A DNA stretch of 63,564 nt, filler included, from Coriobacteriales bacterium (GTDB taxonomy: Bacteria; Actinomycetota; Coriobacteriia; Coriobacteriales; UBA8131), in NCBI GenBank assembly GCA_031263105.1. It is 6 parts of 6 records of this genome, joined end to end, with 100 filler letters (N's around TTAATTAATTAA, not from the genome) between each part and the next. Parts side by side here need not be neighbours in the genome. Positions count along the whole stretch, not along the records: positions 1 to 10,801 come from JAISGJ010000010.1; 5 more parts are not named here. One strand, written 5' to 3'. Under the pieces are notes generated by a model. It was not told the origin of the DNA and made no database searches. It saw only the letters and a list, made by a program, of their open reading frames with translations. Of the stretch, positions 1-9,257 are shown one piece after another; the first letter of the stretch is position 1, and each line of letters starts with the position of its first letter. The translations under genes were made by a program, and so were the position numbers.

Positions 1-194
1 GCGCGCGCCCCCCCGCGGCGCCGGCGCCCCGGGCCCCGCCCGGCCGGCGGCCCCCCCGCGCCCCCCCCCCGCGGGGCGGCCGCCCCCCAGTGAGTGTGAC
101 GCAGTAACGAAACGAACCCGGAAGTGGAAGACTTGGCGCGGGTCCTCCATACCTCTGTCGTCTGTGTTAGAATTGCACCTGCTCACCGTCGTGT

Positions 195-270
195 GGGGAT
201 GTAGCTCAGCTGGGAGAGCAATAGCTTTGCAAGCTATAGGTCGTGGGTTCGAATCCCATCATCTCCACCA
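195..270 (+). tRNA. tRNA-Ala(TGC)
   Basis: GGGGATG/CATCTCC acceptor with G3:U70, anticodon arm ATAGC-TTTGCAA-GCTAT, GTTCGAATC T-loop, encoded CCA. Confidence 0.97.
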
Positions 271-330
271 TACATCATCTCCACCACAAGATTCTTGTTA
301 TGGTGTAGACACGGGGCGGAAGTCGGCGGA

Positions 331-1626
331 ATGATGACAGAGACCTTGACACATCCTTGGCCTGCGGTCTATGACGGCGCGTCGCGCGTCCTCGTCCTCG
401 GGACCTTTCCTTCGCCGCGCTCCCGGGCCGAGGGGTTCTACTTCGGGCATCCGCAGAACCTGTTCTGGTCTGCGCTGGCCGACTCTTTGCAGGTGCCGCG
501 CCTGCCTGCCAACGCGACGATTGCAGACAAGACCGCGATGCTTCTGGATAACCACGTGGCGCTTTGGGACGTCCTGCGCTCCTGCCGCATCGAGGGGGCT
601 GCCGACAGCAGCATCAGCGAGCCCGTGCCCCACCGCTTTGCACCGCTGCTCGCCGACTCGCAGATAGAGGCGGTCTTTGCCACGGGACGCACGGCCACCT
701 CCCTCTTCAATCGTCTGGCGGCCCACGAAGCGGAGATGCGAGCCGCCTACGTTCCCTCGACCAGCCCGGCCAACCGCGCCTCACAGGCACGCCCCGAGTT
801 CGCGCAGCGCTGGGGTGCCGTCGGGCGCGTGCTGCGCGGCGAGGTCGTCTCGGCCTTGGGCATGAAGGCCGCCGACCGTCACACCGTCACGCAGCTCGGG
901 GTGCCTTCGCTTGAGCTCATGGAGCGTGCCGCACGAGCGGTCGTGCACGAGCTGCTCCACAAAGGGAACGGCTTTGACCTCGCACGGGTGCTCTGCGTCT
1001 GTGGCACCGGCAACAACGGCGGCGACGGGCTGGCGGCAGCGCGGCTCCTCCACGCCCAAGGGGTCAGCGCCCGTGCCGTGCTCGTGGGCGACCCCGAACG
1101 GCTCACCTCGGAGACCCGGCAGCAGCTGGCCTGGGCACGGGAGGCAGGCGTTGCGGTTCAGTTCTGCGGCGCGGCGTCTCGGGCCTCCACTGGCGACACG
1201 CTGCCGCCTCGGGGTGCCGACGCCTCAAGCGATGCCCTGCCCGTTGCCCCCGCCGCTGCCGCATCACTGCCCGAGGCCCTGGCCGCCATCGGCAGATCCT
1301 CGACGCTGGTGGACGCCCTTTTCGGCATCGGCATCGTCCGTCCGCTTGCCGGCTCGCACCGCCGCATCGTGCAAGCGATGAACGACGCGCGCGCCCGAAG
1401 CGGAGGGGCTGCCAAGGTGTTGGCCGTGGACGCCCCCTCCGGCATCAGCGCCGACAGCGGCGAGGTGCTCGGTGCCGCAGTGAGGGCCGACCGTACCGTG
1501 ACCTTCGCCTACCCCAAGCTCGGCATGACCTTGGAGCCCGGGCGCAGCCACGCAGGCCAAGTCACAGTCGCCGACATCGGCATCGTCAGGCCGCCGCTTC
1601 TCAGACGGGAGGACCCAGGACGATGA
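331..1626 (+). CDS. Fusion of UDG-superfamily DNA-deoxyinosine glycosylase-like domain and NAD(P)H-hydrate epimerase (YjeF_N/NnrE)
   Basis: N-half GTFPS..FYFGHPQNLFW..LWDV..PSTSPAN; C-half LMERAA, GTGNNGGDG, VDALFGIG, AVDAPSG, VTF..K, DIGI; start at ATG 331 chosen over TTG 295. Confidence 0.85.
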   Translation: MMTETLTHPWPAVYDGASRVLVLGTFPSPRSRAEGFYFGHPQNLFWSALADSLQVPRLPANATIADKTAMLLDNHVALWDVLRSCRIEGAADSSISEPVPHRFAPLLADSQIEAVFATGRTATSLFNRLAAHEAEMRAAYVPSTSPANRASQARPEFAQRWGAVGRVLRGEVVSALGMKAADRHTVTQLGVPSLELMERAARAVVHELLHKGNGFDLARVLCVCGTGNNGGDGLAAARLLHAQGVSARAVLVGDPERLTSETRQQLAWAREAGVAVQFCGAASRASTGDTLPPRGADASSDALPVAPAAAASLPEALAAIGRSSTLVDALFGIGIVRPLAGSHRRIVQAMNDARARSGGAAKVLAVDAPSGISADSGEVLGAAVRADRTVTFAYPKLGMTLEPGRSHAGQVTVADIGIVRPPLLRREDPGR

Positions 1627-1994
1627 CGGCGATAGAGGTGTCTTGCTCGCAATGCGGGGCGAACGAGTACCGGCTCGTCGACGAGCGCACGGGCGAGGTC
1701 GCCTGTCAGTACTGCCGCAGCCAATGGGTCGTTCCTGAGCTCGCGCGTAAGACCGAGACCGAGAAGTTCCTTGAACAACAGGCCCAGCAGCCACGGGTCA
1801 TTCACGACAACACGACCGAGACCGACCGGCAGCTGATGGGCATGATCGCCAGCCTGGCGGGCGGCGGGCTCTTCGCAGGCCTTCGCACAGGACTGAGACG
1901 CATTGCCAAGGCGCTCGTTATCGTTGCCGTCCTTGCCGTCACCGTTGTCGTCGGGGTGCTCGTCTACGCGCTGCTCGTCCGGGGCGCTCTCTGA
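1623..1994 (+). CDS. Zn-ribbon membrane protein
   Basis: CSQC..CQYC plus C-terminal hydrophobic helix; ATGA overlap with upstream stop. Confidence 0.7.
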   Translation: MTAIEVSCSQCGANEYRLVDERTGEVACQYCRSQWVVPELARKTETEKFLEQQAQQPRVIHDNTTETDRQLMGMIASLAGGGLFAGLRTGLRRIAKALVIVAVLAVTVVVGVLVYALLVRGAL

Positions 1995-2037
1995 CGGGAT
2001 TTCGGGACGGACAGCCCGAGCTCGTCGAACTTCTCAC

Positions 2038-2294
2038 GTTACCGTTCACACCCACTGTCACTCCGAGCCCCGCCGAGGAATCTTTGGACACGCAGTGTCC
2101 AACCGCAGGTCAGGGGATCCTTCGACCTGCGGTCGACCGCTGGCGCGGCCGAGGATTCCTCGACAGGCTCGGAATGACAGTGGGGCTCGGAACGACAGTG
2201 GGGCTCGGAACGACAGTGGGGCTCGGAACGACAGTGGGGCTCGGAACGACAGTGGGGGTGTGAACTGTAAGACAGTGAGGGTGTGAACGGTAGC
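2038..2294. repeat. Palindromic GTCATTCCGAGC-family repeat with 5x 18-bp tandem end
   Basis: GTTCACACCCACTGTCA..GACAGTGGGGGTGTGAAC termini; GGCTCGGAA(T/C)GACAGTGG x5 at 2166-2255. Confidence 0.9.
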
Positions 2295-2427
2295 CTTGGA
2301 GAGCTTGGAAGTGGTCCGGGCGACCCGATATCCTTGCCTCATGCCGGACTAGCTCCTATACTGGGCTGTATCCTATAGGGTGCCCCTAAAGGCCCCTGAG
2401 TCGGCACGACACGGAAGGCGGAGCGAG

Positions 2428-2763
2428 ATGTCTGAGACCTATTACAGCCCTGACGATTTGGCGAAGTTCGGCAACGTCGGCGACCATGCGCCGCAGTTGT
2501 GGGAGAAGTTCATGGGCTACTACGGGGCGGTCTTCGAGGACGGCGCGTTGAGCGCACGGGAAAAGGCGCTCATAGCGCTGGCCGTCGCACACGCCGTGCA
2601 GTGCCCCTACTGCATCGACTCCTACACGAACGCCGCCCTTGAGAAGGGGGCCGACCTCGAGCAGCTCACCGAGGCCATCCATGTCGCCTGCGCCATCCGG
2701 GGCGGGGCGGCGCTCGCGCACGGCATCCAGATGAACAACATAGCCGACGGCCTGGAGTTCTGA
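2428..2763 (+). CDS. CMD/AhpD-family peroxidase-like protein (radical SAM/ArsS-associated type)
   Basis: GALSAREKALIALAVAHAVQCPYCID motif; adjacent to ArsS-like gene. Confidence 0.88.
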   Translation: MSETYYSPDDLAKFGNVGDHAPQLWEKFMGYYGAVFEDGALSAREKALIALAVAHAVQCPYCIDSYTNAALEKGADLEQLTEAIHVACAIRGGAALAHGIQMNNIADGLEF

Positions 2764-3866
2764 TGCAGCCGTTGCAGCCGTTCGCGGAGCGCGTCGCCGG
2801 GCTGGGGCGTCCCGAGTGGCTGCGCACGCGCGAGACGCTCGACACCCTTCAGATCAACATCACCACGGCCTGCAACCTGCGCTGCCGCCACTGCCACGTA
2901 CAGGCGGGCCCCGGGCGCAGCGACAGGATGGCGCATGCCACGCTGGAGGCCTGCCTCAGGCTCTTTGCCGAAGGCGGCTTCTCCGTGCTGGACGTCACCG
3001 GCGGCGCACCCGAGCTGAACCCGGAGTACCGCTGGCTCATCGAGGAGGCGACACGGATAGCGCACGCCGCAGGCCCCGTGGACGGGGCGGCGGCGGGCGG
3101 GGCGGGCGGCGGCGGGGCGGCGGACAGCGGCCCAGGTGCCCCGAACCCCACAACCGCCAACGTCCCGGACTCCCCCACTGCCCGCAAGGTCATCACGCGC
3201 ACCAACCTCGTGATACTCACCGAGGACGGCTACGGCGACCTGCCGGCCTTCTGGGCCACACGCGGCGTCGAGGTCGTAGGCTCGCTGCCGTCGTGGGAGA
3301 AGCGCAACACCGACCGCCAGCGCGGGGAGGGCGTCTTCGAGCGCGCCCTTGTCGGCCTGCGCCTGCTCAACGAGGCGGGGTACGGGACGGGAAGGACGAA
3401 CGGCGCAGGGCAGCCCCTGAGCCTGAGCATCGTGGTGAACCCCGGCGGCGCCTTCCTGCCGCCCTCGCAGCAAAGCGCCGAGCGCGAGTTCCGTCAGAAG
3501 CTCGAAGAGCAGCACGGCGTGCGCTTCGACCACCTGCTGACGATAACGAACAACCCCGTGGGGCGCTTCGGGGCACTGTTGAAAGAGCGCGACAAGTACG
3601 AACCCTACCTGAAGCGGCTCTCGGACAGCTTCAACCCTGCGACGGTCGAGAACATGATGTGCCGCTCGCAGGTCTCGGTCTCGTGGGACGGGCGCACCTT
3701 CGACTGCGACTTCAACCAGGCGACGGACTGGCCGCTGGAAGAGCAGCCCACGGTGTTCTCCCTTGTCGAACAGGGCGTAAGGCCACGGCCGCTGCGCCTG
3801 GGGGACCACTGCTACGCCTGCACCGCCGGAGCCGGCTCAAGCTGCGGCGGCGCCACCGCCGAGTAG
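2763..3866 (+). CDS. arsS: ArsS-like radical SAM protein
   Basis: CNLRCRHC, DVTGGAPELNP, MCRSQVSV..DCDFNQ, terminal HCYACTAGAGSSCGG. Confidence 0.85.
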   Translation: MQPLQPFAERVAGLGRPEWLRTRETLDTLQINITTACNLRCRHCHVQAGPGRSDRMAHATLEACLRLFAEGGFSVLDVTGGAPELNPEYRWLIEEATRIAHAAGPVDGAAAGGAGGGGAADSGPGAPNPTTANVPDSPTARKVITRTNLVILTEDGYGDLPAFWATRGVEVVGSLPSWEKRNTDRQRGEGVFERALVGLRLLNEAGYGTGRTNGAGQPLSLSIVVNPGGAFLPPSQQSAEREFRQKLEEQHGVRFDHLLTITNNPVGRFGALLKERDKYEPYLKRLSDSFNPATVENMMCRSQVSVSWDGRTFDCDFNQATDWPLEEQPTVFSLVEQGVRPRPLRLGDHCYACTAGAGSSCGGATAE

Positions 3867-3887
3867 GGGCCGGGCGGCAGGGGCGCC

Positions 3888-4577
3888 CTACAGCGCAAGC
3901 AATGCGTCGCGGACGGCATCGCCCAAGCCCTCTTTGCTGGCACAGATGACCGTGTCGCCCGGGCGCAGGACGGTCGCCCCCGTGACGACCTCGAGCGAGT
4001 CCCCCCTGCCAACGGCGACGAGCAGGCTCCCCTCGGGCAGCGTGATGTCGGCGACCCGGTGCCCGGGCGCGTCGGCCTCCTGCTCCTCATCGAAGGCCCT
4101 GACGTGCTTGGGGATGCTCACCTCGGTCAGCATCAGGTTGCCCTGCGTGAGCGACATGATGGCGTGCACCGCCCCCTCGGTCGCCTCCGCCTCTATCAGG
4201 CGCGTTATCACCGTGGTCGAGGACACCGCCTCGATGCCCACCCTGCGGAAGATCCGCTCGTTCTTCGGGTTGTTGACCCGCGCGATGGTCCGAGGCACGT
4301 CGAACACCAGGCTCGCGATCTCGCAGGACACCAGGTTCACGTCGTCCGACCCCGTCGTCGCAACGAATATGTCGGCGCCGTCCATTCCCGCATCGGCCTG
4401 ATAGACCGAGTCGCAGCCGTCTCCAAGGATCATCAGCGCCGTGCCCGGCAGGGCAAGCGCCAGATGGTCGATCCGCTTCGCGCTCTGTTCGATGATGGCC
4501 ACCTCGTGCCGGTTGCCCAGCAGCTTGGTGGCGAGGTACTCGCCGATCTTGCCCCCACCGTTGATGACCACATACAT
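3888..4577 (-). CDS. trkA: TrkA-family K+ uptake NAD-binding protein
   Basis: GGGKIG Rossmann motif, GDG, ARVNNP, TrkA_C domain. Confidence 0.9.
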   Translation of the reverse strand: MYVVINGGGKIGEYLATKLLGNRHEVAIIEQSAKRIDHLALALPGTALMILGDGCDSVYQADAGMDGADIFVATTGSDDVNLVSCEIASLVFDVPRTIARVNNPKNERIFRRVGIEAVSSTTVITRLIEAEATEGAVHAIMSLTQGNLMLTEVSIPKHVRAFDEEQEADAPGHRVADITLPEGSLLVAVGRGDSLEVVTGATVLRPGDTVICASKEGLGDAVRDALLAL

Positions 4578-4601
4578 GGATGCCTCCCAGCCCGCCCGTC
4601 C

Positions 4602-5258
4602 TCAGCCGAGCATGTAGCGCTTGAAGCGGTCTATCAGATCGACGCGCACGCAGGCCAGCACGATGTCGCCCGCACGCAGCACGCTCTCCTCGGAGGGAAT
4701 CGAGCTTTGCCCCGACTCCTTGCGCTCGAACGCTATGATCCGTATCTCGTGCTCGCGCTCCAGCTCGCTGACCCTGACGGACTCGCGCCCCTCGGCACCG
4801 AGGTCGAGGGAGAAGCGCAGCACCTCGAAGTCCCCGAAGGTATCCACATGGCTGCCATGCCCGGCGACCACCTTGGAGTACATCTCCTCCGCGACAAGCG
4901 CCGTGCCGCAGACGTAGTCGAGCCCCAGCTGCATATAGGCGCTCTCGCGGTCGGGGTTGTAGAGCCGGGTGAGAACATGCGGCACCTCGAAGAGCCTGCG
5001 TCCCACCTCCGAGATCATGAGGTTCGTGTTGTCCACGTCGGTCGCGGCGACGAGGACGTCGCACTCCTCGATCCCCGCGCTGATGAGCACCTCCTCGTCG
5101 AAGCCGATGCCGACGATGGTGCGTCCCTCGAAGTTGCGTCCCAGACCGATGAACGAGTCGGGATCCACGTCGACGACCGCGACGTCGTCCTTTTTGTCCG
5201 AGAAGAGCGTGGCGAGCCGTGAGCCGACTCTCCCGCATCCCACGATGATGATGTTCAT
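4602..5258 (-). CDS. trkA: TrkA-family K+ uptake NAD-binding protein
   Basis: MNIIIVGCGRVG, AATDVDNTN. Confidence 0.9.
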   Translation of the reverse strand: MNIIIVGCGRVGSRLATLFSDKKDDVAVVDVDPDSFIGLGRNFEGRTIVGIGFDEEVLISAGIEECDVLVAATDVDNTNLMISEVGRRLFEVPHVLTRLYNPDRESAYMQLGLDYVCGTALVAEEMYSKVVAGHGSHVDTFGDFEVLRFSLDLGAEGRESVRVSELEREHEIRIIAFERKESGQSSIPSEESVLRAGDIVLACVRVDLIDRFKRYMLG

Positions 5259-5266
5259 GCGACGTC

Positions 5267-7981
5267 TTAGCTGTTCTTTATCGTCTCGATGAGCAACGCC
5301 ACCGTGTCCTCGAGGTTGCTCTCCTTCAGGCGGGAGACCTCGTCGTCCGACCAGCGCCAACCAACGGGAGCCTGCCTGCCCAGCCCCATGATCGAGATCG
5401 CCCGTCCTCCTCGCCTGAGCGTCTCGGTACCGTCGGTCGAGAACGCAGAGAAGCTCACCGGCCCGATGGGAATGGCCATGTTCTGTGCGGCGCTCGCGAT
5501 AAGGCTTTGCATGCGATGGTCGGTCTGTGCGGGACGGTAGTTGCCTTCGGAGACCGTGAACACCAGGTCGCCCACACCGACGCCCAACAGGTTGACGAAC
5601 AGGGCGCTCTTCAGCTCGTTGTCGTGGTTGGCGAACAGGTTGGCGAGGCCGGCGTTCTTGGACTCGTTCGCCCCGAGCGCCACAAGCCAGACCTCTTTGT
5701 CCAAGAGCTCGCGGCTCAGGCTCATCATGGCCCCTGCGTTCTCCTCAAAGCTCGCGCCGCCAAAGGCACCGCCGCTCCAGCCCTCGTCGTCGTCCTCGTT
5801 GAAGTTGTCCCATGAACCTATGTCGTGGCCCTCCTTGCGCGCGTCGAAGCGCTCGTCCACGCCCAGCCACTTCGCGGGAGACGAGTCGAGCGCCTCCTTC
5901 TTCCTGCCCGAGAGACGGTCCCCCATCGAGCCAAGGAACGACTTCATCCTCGAATCGGGGATGTTCACCCTGTCCGGCTCCGAGTACTCGCCGGTCTTTG
6001 AATAGTGCTCGGAGATATAGGTGTCGTCAGCGTCGGGAACGAAGATCTCGCCCTCCTCGTGGTAGGCGAGCAAATCCTCGCCGACCGGCTTCATGACGCC
6101 CGTCGTTCCCAAGGGCACGAACGAGCCCGTCGCACTTACGACGGAGTCCTCGGTGGAGAACAGGGAGAAGATGTCCTCCTTCGCGACCGGCTCGGCATCG
6201 AGCGTCGCCTGCTGCACGGGGATGCCCCCCGTGTTCTCGATCGCGACGTTCGGCAGGCTATGGAGCCTGTTGCGCAGTTCCGCCAGCTCGGGCGGGGGGG
6301 CCGCAGAGGCCGCTTCCGGCTCGGCCTTCGACGGGGCGTCACCGACGGTCGCGTCACGGGTCTCTGCCGGAACGATGACCGCGCCGCCGGCCTCCCTCTC
6401 GCCGGGAAGCACCTTGAACGCCTGGCGGTCCAGGCCCGAGAAGTCCGGCCGCAGCGTCACCGGAACGACGGCCCGTCTCTCGGCCGATGCAAGCGAGTCG
6501 GGCTGCGCGGCAGTCGTGCCTCCGTCCGCCTCGTCCAACGTGGCCGGGCCTGCCGCAGGCGCAGGCGCCTCTGCGGCCTTTGCCGCCCCGTCCGCCGCAG
6601 GCACGGGCGCTTCCGCAGCACCGCCCGCAGCCACGGCCGCAGCACCGTCCGCTCCGCCCGCAGCGGCCGCCGCAGCGGCCGCCTTCTCCGACACAGGCCG
6701 CCCCTGCACGGCGCCGTCCGCCTCCCCTTCAGGTGCCTGCGGGCCTCCCAGAATCGGAAGGTCGGCAAAGCGCGAACGCACGATCTCCGACTCGTCGGAG
6801 TCGCCGCGCCTGCGCTCCGCCCGTTTCTCGGCGTTCTTCTTGGCGTTTACGAACCAGAGGGGCTTGCCGTTCTCCGCACGACCCTCTTCTTCCTTTGCCC
6901 GTCTCCTCTGCTCCTCCAGGCGCCGCATGCGCTCCTCGTTCCGCTGGCGGCTCGCCTCTTCGACCTCCGAGAGCGGCGGGCGCTGCGAGACGAAAGGGCT
7001 CGCCAGGCTGTCCGCCACGGACTTGACGATACCTCTCGCGGGCACCGCTGGCACAGCGGCACTCTGGGCAGGCCTGTCCTTATCGGATCCGTCCCCCTCG
7101 GCAGGGGCATCCGGCGCGACGGCCGTTTTGGCCTGTCTCGCCTCGCGCTCGGCAGCGGATGCCGTGGCTTTCCTGTCCTTTCGGTCTGCCGCACGAGAAC
7201 CTGGCCTTTGCGGGGCCTTCTGCCCCTTCGCAGCGACCGCCCTGCGAATGCCGGCGACGTCGGTGCCGGAGGCGAGCGCCTGGGCAAGCCCGTACAGCAC
7301 GCCGATGCTGGAGCCGTTGCAGTTCGCGCCTTGGTTGTACGGCATAAAGAAATTGACGACCTCCACGAGCAGGGCGACGAGCAGCACTGCCGCCATGACC
7401 CCCGTAACGGCCACAAGGACCGTGACGACAATCTCGGGAAACGGGACGAGCGTCGCGACCGCGCACACGGTAAGCACGATCGTTGCGACGCGGATACACC
7501 GGCGCAACAGCGCGTAGTGGGCGACAAGGGACGGGGCCGCCTGGAGCATCGTCCGCGCAGAGTCGTAATGGGCAAGGACGACCACCTTCCTGCTGCGGGC
7601 CGACGGCTCGACGCCCGGCGGAAGGTAGCGCGCGACGACGTTCTGGCTCAGGCTGCCCTTCGAGAGGGAGAACAGCGGGTTCCTCCCAAGAAAGTCGAGC
7701 AGCATGAACACCGCGCCGATGGCGACGAGCACGACCCCGACGACGCGAAGCATCGCAAAGAAGATGATGAGTGCCGCACCGCCGACGCACAGCGCATAAT
7801 ACAGGGCACGGACCCAACCGATGTTCCGTGCGCAGGGAAACTCCTCGATGTCCACCCTCATGCCGAACCCATCGAGCCGCGCGGCGATCATCTCCGCCGC
7901 TTGGTGCTCCTGCTGTGTGCCCGCAGGCCGTGGGCCTATTTCTTGGATAAGCTCATCGACGTACTCGACCAGATGTGCCAT
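5267..7981 (-). CDS. Membrane M28-peptidase-like protein with large disordered insertion, probably inactive
   Basis: IGPRPAGT..E, SQNVVA, LAHYDS, GANCN; about 4 TM helices; C-terminal half of the fold follows the insert. Confidence 0.75.
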   Translation of the reverse strand: MAHLVEYVDELIQEIGPRPAGTQQEHQAAEMIAARLDGFGMRVDIEEFPCARNIGWVRALYYALCVGGAALIIFFAMLRVVGVVLVAIGAVFMLLDFLGRNPLFSLSKGSLSQNVVARYLPPGVEPSARSRKVVVLAHYDSARTMLQAAPSLVAHYALLRRCIRVATIVLTVCAVATLVPFPEIVVTVLVAVTGVMAAVLLVALLVEVVNFFMPYNQGANCNGSSIGVLYGLAQALASGTDVAGIRRAVAAKGQKAPQRPGSRAADRKDRKATASAAEREARQAKTAVAPDAPAEGDGSDKDRPAQSAAVPAVPARGIVKSVADSLASPFVSQRPPLSEVEEASRQRNEERMRRLEEQRRRAKEEEGRAENGKPLWFVNAKKNAEKRAERRRGDSDESEIVRSRFADLPILGGPQAPEGEADGAVQGRPVSEKAAAAAAAAGGADGAAAVAAGGAAEAPVPAADGAAKAAEAPAPAAGPATLDEADGGTTAAQPDSLASAERRAVVPVTLRPDFSGLDRQAFKVLPGEREAGGAVIVPAETRDATVGDAPSKAEPEAASAAPPPELAELRNRLHSLPNVAIENTGGIPVQQATLDAEPVAKEDIFSLFSTEDSVVSATGSFVPLGTTGVMKPVGEDLLAYHEEGEIFVPDADDTYISEHYSKTGEYSEPDRVNIPDSRMKSFLGSMGDRLSGRKKEALDSSPAKWLGVDERFDARKEGHDIGSWDNFNEDDDEGWSGGAFGGASFEENAGAMMSLSRELLDKEVWLVALGANESKNAGLANLFANHDNELKSALFVNLLGVGVGDLVFTVSEGNYRPAQTDHRMQSLIASAAQNMAIPIGPVSFSAFSTDGTETLRRGGRAISIMGLGRQAPVGWRWSDDEVSRLKESNLEDTVALLIETIKNS

Positions 7982-8026
7982 CGATCCTCCCAACAGGTAT
8001 CTGTTGTCGTACACACCATTATAGGC

Positions 8027-9250
8027 CTAAAACCCTTGGACATCGACACCGAGGTAGGCGCGGATGTATACGTCGGCGTCGGCGGCCTGGGAGCGCGCGG
8101 TCTTGTAGTCCTCACGAAGCTGTCCGGTCGCCGACTCGTATGCCTTGACGACGATGTCGAGCGGGTCGGCAGGGATCTCTGCCGCCTTCTGTACCACTTC
8201 TGCATCCTTGGAGACGAACTCCTCGTTCTTGGCATAGGCGATATCGTAGTCTTCTGCAAGAAAGGCCTCGTCCGACGCAAGGGCAAGCTCGGCGGACGCA
8301 GCCTTCGTCTCAAGATAGTCGCGCAGCACCTGGAGGTCCAGTTCCGGGAACAGGCCCGCGGCGGCAGCAAGCGCCTCGCGCGCCTGGGCGAGCTTGTCGG
8401 AGGCGCCCTGGTTGTAGTCGTGCGACTCTGTGACCGCGTTCGCCTCCCCTGCCGCCATCACCTCGGCCGCTGAACGCATGTCGGCATCGGCATCGACGAT
8501 GAGCGCCCAGCCTCGCTCGAGCTCGAGCGCGCTCTTCATGGCTGCGATGTCGTAGACGATAAGCCGACTGCTCGTCTCGAGCATCTGTTTGCGATGGCTT
8601 GCGGCGTCTTGGGCGTGTCGCGCCAGCTCCTGTCGCTCCGTCTCCAAGAAGACCCCCTCCGCCTGTTGTGCCTTGGCGATGGCGGCATCGAGGGAGCCCT
8701 GTGCGCTCTCACGCTGGTCGACCAGCGCTTCAAGCCGGGGAATGTCCGCCTCGGCGACCTGGCTCTCGTTCGCCTTGTCCAGCTCGACGATGACCCTGTC
8801 TGCCTCTTGGATGAGTGCGATCGACTCGTCGAGATAGCCGTTTCCCTCCCGTTGGATCGTCGCACGCTCTTCGGCCTGGGCCGCCAAAAGCCACCGGTTG
8901 AAGGCCGTGAGCCCTCCCGTCAGCACCAGGAACACGACGATGGCGCCGACAACAAGCGGCCAGATGTGAACCTTGTGGAAGAAGGGAAACCCCTCGACGA
9001 AGGAGGGCTCCTCGCTGCCGTGCGCAGGACGGGCAGCTGCCGGTGCGAGCGCTGCCGACACGACCACAGGCGGCGCGGGCGCAAGCGCGGGCGGCGGCGC
9101 GGGCGGCGCGGGCGGCGGTTCCGCAAGCCCAAGGCCCGCGTCTGGGCTCGCCTCTTCGGTCGCAGTGCCCAGGATCTCGCGCAGCAACGAGTCGACCAAG
9201 TCGTGCGAGTCGAGGGGGGGGTCCTCCTGCTTCAGGTGTTTTCCGCTCAC
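8027..9250 (-). CDS. Hypothetical single-TM helical protein
   Basis: Pro/Ala N-region, one TM helix, long amphipathic helical region; GTG start inferred just after purA stop. Confidence 0.65.
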   Translation of the reverse strand: MSGKHLKQEDPPLDSHDLVDSLLREILGTATEEASPDAGLGLAEPPPAPPAPPPALAPAPPVVVSAALAPAAARPAHGSEEPSFVEGFPFFHKVHIWPLVVGAIVVFLVLTGGLTAFNRWLLAAQAEERATIQREGNGYLDESIALIQEADRVIVELDKANESQVAEADIPRLEALVDQRESAQGSLDAAIAKAQQAEGVFLETERQELARHAQDAASHRKQMLETSSRLIVYDIAAMKSALELERGWALIVDADADMRSAAEVMAAGEANAVTESHDYNQGASDKLAQAREALAAAAGLFPELDLQVLRDYLETKAASAELALASDEAFLAEDYDIAYAKNEEFVSKDAEVVQKAAEIPADPLDIVVKAYESATGQLREDYKTARSQAADADVYIRAYLGVDVQGF

Positions 9251-9257
9251 GGCTGGC

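Noticed and set aside
1..90. Pure G/C stretches (also 36880-37010 and 48945-49034) as G-quadruplex or regulatory elements
   Set aside because: All lie at contig ends and look like low-quality base calls
3826..3866. Selenocysteine in the ArsS-like C-terminus
   Set aside because: The codon is TGC (Cys) and the stop is TAG
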